A DNA stretch of 64,000 bases from positions 1 through 64,000 of the IMG/VR virus record IMGVR_UViG_2846893963_000001. The stretch is one strand, 5' to 3'. The notes beneath the pieces were generated by a model, which had not been told where the DNA came from, made no database searches, and was given only the letters and a program-made list of their open reading frames with translations. The stretch comes from a virus. Its lineage: Duplodnaviria > Caudoviricetes. Positions within the stretch are counted from its first letter, which is position 1. Each line of letters opens with the position of its first letter. The position numbers and the translations under genes are program-made. This document shows positions 37,487 to 45,515 of this stretch, in pieces.

Positions 37487-39126
37487 TGCAGCGCGAGCTT
37501 GGCCGTTGCCCGGAGAACGCCCAGGAAACAATCCTTACCCTGCTGATTATAGTAGCGCGTTTCGAGTTCACAAGAACATTGTTTCCAGCCTTCCAGATCG
37601 ACTTCATCCAGGCATACCGGAATCGTGACGCTGTATTCCTGACCGGGTGCAAGCTCCCGGTAGTTCAAGGGTCGCTGGAAGGTCATGGTGCCAATTTCCC
37701 TGTTCAGGATGCGCATTTTCCCCTGTTGCGTCCTCAACACCGTCACGAAAAAGAAATCGGACGTTTCGTCGTTGATTTCGTCCGGAATCCGGACAGGCTC
37801 GTTTCCTTCGTTGCGGAAGCGGACTGTGATTTTGCCTTCCGTGAATTGGGAAGTATCCGCCATGGAGAGGATCAAGGGCGCCGGTTCCTCCGCAACAGCC
37901 ATGCTGCGGGTTTCACCTTCTCTGACCGGAGGCATGAAACAGGGAGGCTCGATCGTTCCAGGTTTCGTGATAAACCTGGGCACATTGTTCCACCCCATCG
38001 CGTCGGCCAGACGAATGACATAGGCGGTTGCCTCGTTCAGGACTTCCTGTCCGGCGCAATAGGGTCTGTCATTGGCATCATCCGGCAACGCCAGTACATA
38101 GTCTGACGTTTCTTTCCAAAGGTCCAATGCCATTTCATTGGCAAGAGCCTGCATGAACTTCACGGCTTCATCCATGTTCGGTTCTTTGTCGCAGGAGATA
38201 GTCTGCTTTTCAAGCATTTCCTGTATTTTGGAGTCCTTCCAGTAGAACTTGTAGGCATCCTCCCATTGACGGCGGTGGTGTTCTTCGTGGGCGAGGGAAG
38301 CCTGCGGCGTGTGCCATGTTCCAACTTCTGCACGAGATTGATAACCGTTCATTTCGTTGACCGCTTCGGTGGCTTCTTCTTCATTGAGAGGGGGATCAAC
38401 ATAGGGATTCACGTAAATGCCTTCATACATAGTTAGCTTGGCTCCGGCAGAAACGGAAACAACACGACACCTCCATACGTTTTCCGATTCATCTTTGCAA
38501 ACCGTTACGCAAATCTTAGGTCTCAAGCTACTTACATTGCAGTCACCATTCCCTTCCAAATAGACGGGTTCCGGTTTCTCAAATTCCAGTTCCACTTCCT
38601 TGGATGGCTCACAGGTGATAGTGGATTCCTTTTCAATCGTCCACAATTTGATTTTGGGGGACGACGAGAATTCGCGCTTCATCGTCGAGTTGCCTTCATA
38701 CTTCCCTTCCGTAATAGGTTTGGTATCCATGGTAACGTTGAATGCAATGGCATTGTTGCTGACGGGGGTGTAGGCGTTGTTGGTCCACGACAGGGCCACC
38801 TTGTAATAGCCCGCTTTCAGGTACCTGGAATCGGTTTCAATATTCAGCTTGCCGTTGGGTGGTGTCCCATCCTTTTTTATAGCTTGCTCACCGGCAATCG
38901 TCAGGCTGCCTGTGTCGTCGGCTTCCACGCCGAAATAGTACAGGCCGTCTTCCTCGACCTTGATGAACATTTCCGGCGCTCCGGCGCAAGTGGCGTGTTC
39001 ACACGCCGAACCGTCAAAGTTGAACGTCATCGCGTCAACTCCGAGCGTCTTGCTGATAAGAGGCTCATTCCCTTGATAAATGCAGACGGGATTAACTGCC
39101 TTGTTGATTGGTATATAATTGTTCAT
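37483..39126 (-). CDS. PA14-like domain + HExxH metallopeptidase-like domain + C-terminal Ig-like domain
   Basis: YYFGVEADDTGSL...LKAGYYKVALSWTN (PA14-like). SLAHEEHHRRQW. C-terminal FRNEGNEPVRI...LAPGQEYSVTI...ELETRY resembles the downstream small proteins. No signal peptide. Confidence 0.8.
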   Translation of the reverse strand: MNNYIPINKAVNPVCIYQGNEPLISKTLGVDAMTFNFDGSACEHATCAGAPEMFIKVEEDGLYYFGVEADDTGSLTIAGEQAIKKDGTPPNGKLNIETDSRYLKAGYYKVALSWTNNAYTPVSNNAIAFNVTMDTKPITEGKYEGNSTMKREFSSSPKIKLWTIEKESTITCEPSKEVELEFEKPEPVYLEGNGDCNVSSLRPKICVTVCKDESENVWRCRVVSVSAGAKLTMYEGIYVNPYVDPPLNEEEATEAVNEMNGYQSRAEVGTWHTPQASLAHEEHHRRQWEDAYKFYWKDSKIQEMLEKQTISCDKEPNMDEAVKFMQALANEMALDLWKETSDYVLALPDDANDRPYCAGQEVLNEATAYVIRLADAMGWNNVPRFITKPGTIEPPCFMPPVREGETRSMAVAEEPAPLILSMADTSQFTEGKITVRFRNEGNEPVRIPDEINDETSDFFFVTVLRTQQGKMRILNREIGTMTFQRPLNYRELAPGQEYSVTIPVCLDEVDLEGWKQCSCELETRYYNQQGKDCFLGVLRATAKLALQ

Positions 39127-39508
39127 TGCTATTGTTGTTGTTTACTTTTTGGAAAGACTGAACCATCAGCCTTCCGGTATTCTGGCGGCGTTCCCTGAAC
39201 CCATCAACACGTTTAACGCGTAGTCCCCCCTCATTCGGAACGAAGAGGAACGACCTCCCCTCTAATTTTACGTGCTGCCGTGAACTTGCAAAAAAACTCC
39301 TGGTGCATTTTTATATCCTGATTCACGCCATTTTGGAACAAAGTTGCTCCATATAGATCTGACAACAGGCACGGGCGGCATTCCGCCGCACAATCATGAT
39401 GCCTTAAAAAACAAGCATTCTCTCCTTCTCTGTCCGTTCCGCCAAAGAAAAAGGCTGTTTCCAGAGAGTCCTTCACTTAAAAACAAAGCATCTTTTCCAA
39501 AAACGAGA

Positions 39509-39537
39509 TTGACACCCGCGGTTCTTTTCCCTAGTAT
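39509..39537 (+). promoter_or_regulatory. Sigma70 promoter of tRNA-Cys
   Basis: TTGACA-17 nt-TAGTAT. Confidence 0.75.
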
Positions 39538-39554
39538 CCGCGCACAGCATCAGC

Positions 39555-39629
39555 GGCAGGGTAGCCAAGTGGTAAGGCGACGGTCTGCAAAATCGTTATT
39601 CGCGGGTTCGATTCCCGCTCCTGCCTCCA
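39555..39629 (+). tRNA. tRNA-Cys (GCA)
   Basis: GGCAGGG/TCCTGCC acceptor, ACGGT-CTGCAAA-ATCGT anticodon arm, GCGGG-TTCGATT-CCCGC T-arm, U73, CCA. Confidence 0.96.
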
Positions 39630-39659
39630 TGTTTACTTTCAACATTTTACGCCTTTAGC

Positions 39660-39679
39660 GTAGTAAAAAATGTAGTAAA
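39660..39679. repeat. Direct repeat GTAGTAAA x2 (putative integrase arm-type sites)
   Basis: Copies at 39660-39667 and 39672-39679 (12-bp period), 30 bp from the tRNA end. Confidence 0.5.
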
Positions 39680-39736
39680 CATCTTGTTTTTAGTTCCACT
39701 TTTGGAGCAAGCCTTGTCTTGGAAGGAGGGTGCATT

Positions 39737-40321
39737 ATGAGTTCCAGCCCCTCTGTTATACACGTTTACGGCGATTGGCTGGACTACCTGCTGCACGCCT
39801 ACGGCGAAACGCAGGAACAATGGAATGCGCCTTTTGATGCCGCTCCCATCCTCCCTGAACTCTCAAAAGAACTCTATGAATGCGGTTTGAATCATCATCA
39901 GCTTGACGTGGTGAAAGAAGAAATAGCGGACGCCCGCCTGCATATCCTTATCGGAATTTTCACTATCATCTTCCGTAACGGCTACCACCCGCAACGCGTC
40001 ACCCGGAATGTTTACAAACTCGCCAAACTATACTGCCCGGAATCAGTAAAAAACTTGTCTCATTCCGATCTCGCTCTGCTAACCAGCGACACAATCAGCG
40101 CATCATCCATGCGGGCGCATGCCTGCAACGCTTTCCTGGACTCCTTAACACCCGCCCAAGCTCAAGCTCTTATCGACAAATACGGTAAAACCGCCCTGCA
40201 CAAGCTCGCACAAGTTTCCTGGACCAGCCGGAAGGCCCAAAAGAAACGCCGCAGGAAAAAGAAGCAGGACACCCCCGCCCACCGCACACGCAAACACCCG
40301 GAACTCAATCTTGACCTTTGA
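39737..40321 (+). CDS. Phage hypothetical protein with basic C-terminus
   Basis: AAGGAGG before ATG 39737. Ends ...KAQKKRRRKKKQ.... Confidence 0.65.
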   Translation: MSSSPSVIHVYGDWLDYLLHAYGETQEQWNAPFDAAPILPELSKELYECGLNHHQLDVVKEEIADARLHILIGIFTIIFRNGYHPQRVTRNVYKLAKLYCPESVKNLSHSDLALLTSDTISASSMRAHACNAFLDSLTPAQAQALIDKYGKTALHKLAQVSWTSRKAQKKRRRKKKQDTPAHRTRKHPELNLDL

Positions 40322-40323
40322 CC

Positions 40324-41532
40324 ATGGACGCCATCACCCGCGCACAAAAACATATTGATACCCTGGAACCGGCTGTTTCCGGTTCTGGCGGCCATGCGGC
40401 AACCTTCCGCGCATGCCGCATCCTTGTAAACGACTACAATCTATCTTTGGATGAAGCCTGGCCTATCCTGTTATCATTTAACGCCCGGTGCGAACCGCCT
40501 TGGAATGAAAAGGAACTCCGGCGCAAGTTGGAAGACGCGGCGCGCCGCCCCAAGGGTAACTACGGCACCGACAAATCCCAGGGACGCAAAAAACCAGAAC
40601 CGGCTACCTTGCCCCCCTCTAAACGCATAGCCAAGGGACCAGCCAAATACAACCCGCCACCCAAGGCCCCCACAGGGCCGCCGCCAGTCCCGCAGCTTGA
40701 TTCTTCAGTCATTGCCACCCTGGCGGAAAAAGGGGCTCCAGTATTATCCCGCTATTTTCTCGCCAACATCTCCGCCACAGATCCGGCCATAGTTACGCCG
40801 GATATATATTTACGCGCCCTGTTTGATACGGCACGCGGCGAAAAAACAATCATTTTTGCCGACCGAAAAACGCAAGGTCAATGCCTCTGGCCAGATCAGG
40901 CCAAACACATTCCCACGGCTGCACCGGAAGGCATTATCTTCCTGGGGCAACCCGTGGACGGATTTTTCCGCGTCAAGGACGGAAAAAAAAGCCGCCGCTC
41001 TTCAGAATGCGTCCTCACCTGGCGTCATGCCTTGCTGGAATCAGATCAAATGGACAACGCAAAACAATGGCTCCAGGCACTCATTACTTTGCCTCTCCCC
41101 ATTGTCTCCATCACCTTCTCCGGCTCTCGCTCTCTACATGTACTCTTTCGGCTGGAGGCGGCCACACACGAAGAATGGCGCGGCTATGTGGACCAGATAA
41201 AGCCCGCCTTAGCCCTCATTGGCGCGGACGTTCAGGCACTCACAAACCATCTTGTCATGCCGCGCCTGCCCGGCTGCTATCGCACCGTAAACGGCGAGAA
41301 AAAGCTTCAGGAACTCCTGTATTTCAACCCGCGCCCCACCTTGCGCCCCCTGCTCTACGCCACTCCGCTCCGCAATGTAGAACAGGATTGGACAACCCGC
41401 GCCGCGGAAATCGTCGCCCGGCCGGATGAATGGCCGTTGCCCTTGATCCAGCAAGCCGCCGCAGCCTGCACCACCTACGGCCTCAATGCTGCCCTCCAAT
41501 CTCTCACCCCCTTACTCCCTCCCAAAAAATGA
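40324..41532 (+). CDS. Phage primase-polymerase-like protein (PriCT-like helical domain followed by an AEP/RepB-like domain)
   Basis: AVSGSGGHAATF...N.RCEPPWNEKELRRKL at the N-terminus. HALLESD...VSITFSGSRSLH...RLPG downstream. Confidence 0.7.
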   Translation: MDAITRAQKHIDTLEPAVSGSGGHAATFRACRILVNDYNLSLDEAWPILLSFNARCEPPWNEKELRRKLEDAARRPKGNYGTDKSQGRKKPEPATLPPSKRIAKGPAKYNPPPKAPTGPPPVPQLDSSVIATLAEKGAPVLSRYFLANISATDPAIVTPDIYLRALFDTARGEKTIIFADRKTQGQCLWPDQAKHIPTAAPEGIIFLGQPVDGFFRVKDGKKSRRSSECVLTWRHALLESDQMDNAKQWLQALITLPLPIVSITFSGSRSLHVLFRLEAATHEEWRGYVDQIKPALALIGADVQALTNHLVMPRLPGCYRTVNGEKKLQELLYFNPRPTLRPLLYATPLRNVEQDWTTRAAEIVARPDEWPLPLIQQAAAACTTYGLNAALQSLTPLLPPKK

Positions 41533-43259
41533 CTTCCCCCCAAGAACTTATTCTCAAATTACAAAATTTGCTAATCAACGCCTCCGGCGCGGATCTTCAG
41601 CAATTTCTGGCCGGTCTGGAGCAACCAGGCCCCGCCCCTGCCGGAGACGACCTTACGCCGGACGGCAGAATCAAAGTTGCCATGCCCTCCAAAAATGGCA
41701 CGACAACCCCCCAATGGTGCGAACGCGTTGCCATAGCCCTCCAACGCGCCAATGCCCCTATTTATAATCTGGCCGGCTCTCCTGTGTATATCACAGACGA
41801 CAGCAAAACCGTGTACCTTAACCCCAACAATTTCATTTCCGCTGCGGAAAAATATATCTGCCCGTGCGCTTTCCGCTCCAAAGATGATTCAACGCTCGTT
41901 TACCAGCCCATGAAGGAACCGCTAGCAAAGCTCACCCTTTCATCCATGGAATTCCTCACGGCCATCCCGGAATTGATCAAAATCCACGACCAAATCACCC
42001 CGGCCATGCTCCCTAATGGCTCCTACCACCTCAACCAACGCGGCTATGATCCGGTAAGTAAGATCTACACCCTGAAAACCGCCGTGGACTACGACACGGA
42101 AATGCCGTTGGAGCAAGCCTTGCTTATCTGGCGCAACTGGCATAAAGAATTCCCCTTTCTGGACTGGTCTTCCTCTGACCTCCAGGAACGGGCCACATCC
42201 GCCACATCCCGCTCATTTGCGGTCCATACCTGCGCCTGCGTCGCCCTGTACGCATCCGCCATGCTCCCCTTGTCCTCACCTCGACTTGGTTATGTCTATA
42301 CCTCCAATTCTCAAAGATCCGGCAAATCACTATTGGCAGACCTTGCCACCGGCATCACGTACAACAATAACGCAAAACATCCATGGTATTATGACGACGA
42401 AAAGCTTCAGGGCGTCTTGAACACCATCCTCAACACCCGCGCGCCCTACGTCTATTTTGACAACCTGCGCGGCAAGCTGCAATCTACTTGTTTAGAATCC
42501 TTCATTTCTTCCGTCTCCCAAGACATACGCCCATTTCATACGCAATCTCTTGTTACCAAGCAAAACTGCGCCACCGTCTTCATCACCGGAAACTCCCTGG
42601 AGTGGAACACAGACCTTGCTTCCCGGCTGCTGATATGCGACTTGAATTTGACAGAATCCAATCCCCAGGACCGGACAGTTCAGCGCGTCATTGACCTTGA
42701 AACCATTCAGGACTCCGGCAACCGGGCGGAACTTCTGGCCTGCCTGCATGCGTTTGTTCGCAACTGGATAGAGCAAAAACGGCCCATGCCGGACAAAACA
42801 AGAGCAGGGTTTCAACGCACATCATCCATTATTGCGGGCATTGTCTCCCTGCTTGGCATTGGCGATCCGTTCGGGGAACGTCCTGATGAAATATACGGAG
42901 GCGGAGACCAAAACCTTCAGGACATGCGCGACTTGGTGCAAACGGCGGCGGCACGCCTGAAGCCCGGTGAAACATACGGAGAAATCAAATGGGACGAAAT
43001 CATAGAAATCTGCATTGAACGCAACTCATTTGAATCTCTTATTGACGCACGTACGGAATACGTGACGGAAACGGACGAAACCGGGCATGAAAGCAAGATA
43101 CCCCGTTACAAACTCACCCAGGCATCCAACAAACGCTTTTCCTTCCTTCTTAATTCAACCTATGGAGGGAAGACATTCAAACTAAATGACGGCCGCACCG
43201 TCAAATGGGATTCCCGCGGAAAGAAGCGCAGTAAAAAATATACGTTCCAAATATCCTGA
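41529..43259 (+). CDS. Phage P-loop NTPase / helicase-like replication protein
   Basis: SNSQRSGKSLLA (Walker A), VYFDNL (Walker B), VFITGN. ATGA overlap with the primase gene. Confidence 0.7.
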   Translation: MTSPQELILKLQNLLINASGADLQQFLAGLEQPGPAPAGDDLTPDGRIKVAMPSKNGTTTPQWCERVAIALQRANAPIYNLAGSPVYITDDSKTVYLNPNNFISAAEKYICPCAFRSKDDSTLVYQPMKEPLAKLTLSSMEFLTAIPELIKIHDQITPAMLPNGSYHLNQRGYDPVSKIYTLKTAVDYDTEMPLEQALLIWRNWHKEFPFLDWSSSDLQERATSATSRSFAVHTCACVALYASAMLPLSSPRLGYVYTSNSQRSGKSLLADLATGITYNNNAKHPWYYDDEKLQGVLNTILNTRAPYVYFDNLRGKLQSTCLESFISSVSQDIRPFHTQSLVTKQNCATVFITGNSLEWNTDLASRLLICDLNLTESNPQDRTVQRVIDLETIQDSGNRAELLACLHAFVRNWIEQKRPMPDKTRAGFQRTSSIIAGIVSLLGIGDPFGERPDEIYGGGDQNLQDMRDLVQTAAARLKPGETYGEIKWDEIIEICIERNSFESLIDARTEYVTETDETGHESKIPRYKLTQASNKRFSFLLNSTYGGKTFKLNDGRTVKWDSRGKKRSKKYTFQIS

Positions 43260-43386
43260 TGATGATAAAAAAGCGGCCTTATTAGCCGCGCCAGCATGAC
43301 AACCGCACGCTTGACAAATCCGGCAAAAAGAGCATAGTAAGGACGTATTGATTGCCGAACATCACATGTTCACCTTCTAAACAATC

Positions 43387-43420
43387 GGCCCCGGCTGCTG
43401 GAACAGCCGGGGCCTTTTTT
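43387..43420 (+). terminator. Terminator between convergent transcripts
   Basis: GGCCCCGGCTG-CTGGAA-CAGCCGGGGCC-TTTTTT. Confidence 0.85.
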
Positions 43421-43421
43421 G

Positions 43422-43484
43422 TCAGCTGAACAGAACTATCAAAAGCTCAATCAGCCGTTGTATTGAATGCCAGTCTATTATCAC
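43422..43484 (-). CDS. Candidate 20-aa hydrophobic peptide (possible type I toxin)
   Basis: GTG-start MIIDWHSIQRLIELLIVLFS. AAGGAGG 8 nt upstream. Own promoter TTGCGG-17-TATATT at 43530-43558. Confidence 0.5.
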   Translation of the reverse strand: MIIDWHSIQRLIELLIVLFS

Positions 43485-43602
43485 ATATTACACCTCCTTT
43501 CTTAGTTCCGGGACCAACCCGGCACGGCCAATATACAGAAAAACGGAACTTTCCGCAAGATATTTTTATCTGTAATTTTTTGACGCTCAAAAGATTACTG
43601 TT

Positions 43603-44295
43603 TTACAGCCGGGCGAATTGAAGGTGCATCCAGTCATAATTCCGTTCACGGCCTAGGGAAACGGCCCCATGGGCTTCCCATATCCGCCACCACTCTTCAC
43701 ACTCCGGGCGGGAAAGCCCGGCATGGGGGGCTTTGCAGGAATAACTGTTCCGCACCGGGTCAAAGTCCAGGGCAATCCCCCAGGCGTGCATGCTCTTGCT
43801 TTTGCCTCCGGCCGTGCTGCGGTCATTGTAGGATCCGCCATACTGGTCCAGGTGAAGCGCGCGGATCCGGTCCAGGCCATACGCGGCCAGGACTTCCGCC
43901 AGGGCCGCCTGAACGTCCTGGGCGATTGCCTGATGCACGCGGATCGTTTTCACGGGCCGCCCCTCATAATATAAAGGATAAGGGGGGACAATAGAAACAA
44001 GGTTGTTTTCGTCCCCTGGCCGCCCAAAAATGGAAAGACCGGCCCGGACGGTTGCCTGGTCAGGCCAGGACCGGGGCAGGGCAATGTCCAGGGCGGCGGC
44101 AATGCCGCGGGCCGTGGCAGGGCCGGGGATGCCGTCAGGCGTCACGTTCACGGCGGCCTGGACCGCGGACCATATTTCATGACAGCGCAATTTCAGAGCT
44201 ACAGCGGCCAGCGTTTTAGGCCCCGGCATCCCATCCGCCTTCAGCCCCAGGGCGCGCTGAACGGGTTTGAATTCCTGATATTCTTTGATAATCAT
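43603..44295 (-). CDS. Endolysin, M15-family peptidase with N-terminal PG-binding-like repeats
   Basis: ADGMPGPKT / TPDGIPGPAT repeats. GGSYNDRS.....SMHAWGIALDFD...DWMHLQ. Confidence 0.88.
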   Translation of the reverse strand: MIIKEYQEFKPVQRALGLKADGMPGPKTLAAVALKLRCHEIWSAVQAAVNVTPDGIPGPATARGIAAALDIALPRSWPDQATVRAGLSIFGRPGDENNLVSIVPPYPLYYEGRPVKTIRVHQAIAQDVQAALAEVLAAYGLDRIRALHLDQYGGSYNDRSTAGGKSKSMHAWGIALDFDPVRNSYSCKAPHAGLSRPECEEWWRIWEAHGAVSLGRERNYDWMHLQFARL

Positions 44296-44351
44296 ATAAT
44301 TATTTAATTGTTAAATAGTTGGAACTGGTAAGAAAAACTTTACAGTTGGAA

Positions 44352-44630
44352 CTAGTCCCTGTTGTCCAGAAATTCTTCATGCGCCTTGCGGACGAACTCA
44401 CAGCCGGAACACTTATTTTCCGCATCAATGCGTTTTTTGCGTTCGTCATCATAGAGCCGCTCATAACGTTCCGCCCGTTTCATTTCCCGCCACAGAAAAA
44501 TTCCCATGACCGCGGCCACGCTCGCCCCGTTCTGGATGTACTCCAAAAACGGGTTGCCTGACGTGACGGACGCAATCACGGACAGGGCATTAGCCCCCAG
44601 CAGGCCCGCGTTGACAACAGATCCGGTCAT
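44352..44630 (-). CDS. Putative holin
   Basis: 92 aa with hydrophobic N-terminal segments and a charged C-terminus. Directly upstream of the endolysin. Confidence 0.6.
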   Translation of the reverse strand: MTGSVVNAGLLGANALSVIASVTSGNPFLEYIQNGASVAAVMGIFLWREMKRAERYERLYDDERKKRIDAENKCSGCEFVRKAHEEFLDNRD

Positions 44631-44634
44631 GGCT

Positions 44635-45090
44635 TCACTTTTTCAGGGATTGAACGACGGGCGGAACGTCCGTTTCCGGCTGGGCCTGGGAATAGGAGAT
44701 ATGCCCCGGCTCCAGCACCAGGCAGGAACCGTCCTTGCATACCACCGTCTTTTTCGGCGTCACGTCCACGGAATGGCCGCAGCCCTGGAACAGGGAAAAA
44801 CCAAGAGCACCAACAGCGGCGTAGGCCAAGCCCAGCAGAACCTTTTTCCACCAAGTGGACGCGCCGGAAGCCTTGAGGCCGAGATAGGCCCGAACATCTT
44901 CCAGCGCATGCTTACCGATGATCGGGAGGGCAGTATTTGCTACGGCAATCCATCCTTGTTGTTCGTTTTCCGTCAGGTCTGCCCAGTGAGGGATTGGAGT
45001 GTTGGACTCATTGTGTGCCTGGGCTGCATAGTACATGTGCATTTCTCTGGCGATAGCCTCGGCATGATTGCATTGATTATTAGTAGTCAT
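44635..45090 (-). CDS. Phage membrane protein (possible spanin-like / lysis accessory)
   Basis: Internal TM segment ending LFQGCG (lipobox-like). Located in the lysis cluster. Confidence 0.5.
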   Translation of the reverse strand: MTTNNQCNHAEAIAREMHMYYAAQAHNESNTPIPHWADLTENEQQGWIAVANTALPIIGKHALEDVRAYLGLKASGASTWWKKVLLGLAYAAVGALGFSLFQGCGHSVDVTPKKTVVCKDGSCLVLEPGHISYSQAQPETDVPPVVQSLKK

Positions 45091-45515
45091 ATGATTATGT
45101 TGTTATTGGTAGAGGTAGTGAAGTAATTGAAAAACTCCACGGCGGCGGGGTCGGTCAGGATAAAAGCCGGGTAGTCCGAGACTGTAAAAATCCTGCGGCC
45201 TTTGGTCTCCGCATGGACGGCCTCAACGGTCAAAGATACCGCATCAATCATTGTATAGGCACCATCCTCCGCAAGGGTCAGGACATCTTTTCCCAGCCGG
45301 GCCCACACCTGCACCGCCTGCCACGGTTCCGCCAGTCCAACCAGAGCGGCAACGACGGCCTGCATGGCCGGTGCCTGGTCGGCTGGTATCTCGTCCGCTG
45401 TGTAGCGGTCTGTCCGGGTGTAACCGTCCGCGTCCTGATAAATGGGCGTCAGGGTGAATTCCTGCCAGTTGCCGGGCTGCGGGAACTGAATTTGTATTTC
45501 TGCGTCGTTCATCAT
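45087..45515 (-). CDS. Phage hypothetical protein (possible tail-fibre chaperone)
   Basis: Overlaps the tail-fibre stop. 142 aa. Confidence 0.55.
   Translation of the reverse strand: MMNDAEIQIQFPQPGNWQEFTLTPIYQDADGYTRTDRYTADEIPADQAPAMQAVVAALVGLAEPWQAVQVWARLGKDVLTLAEDGAYTMIDAVSLTVEAVHAETKGRRIFTVSDYPAFILTDPAAVEFFNYFTTSTNNNIII

Noticed and set aside
36033-37499. 719-bp periodic repeats as a CRISPR array or DGR template/variable repeat
   Set aside because: Repeats are gene-sized and coding. No cas or reverse transcriptase gene is in the window, and the differences are not visibly adenine-specific.
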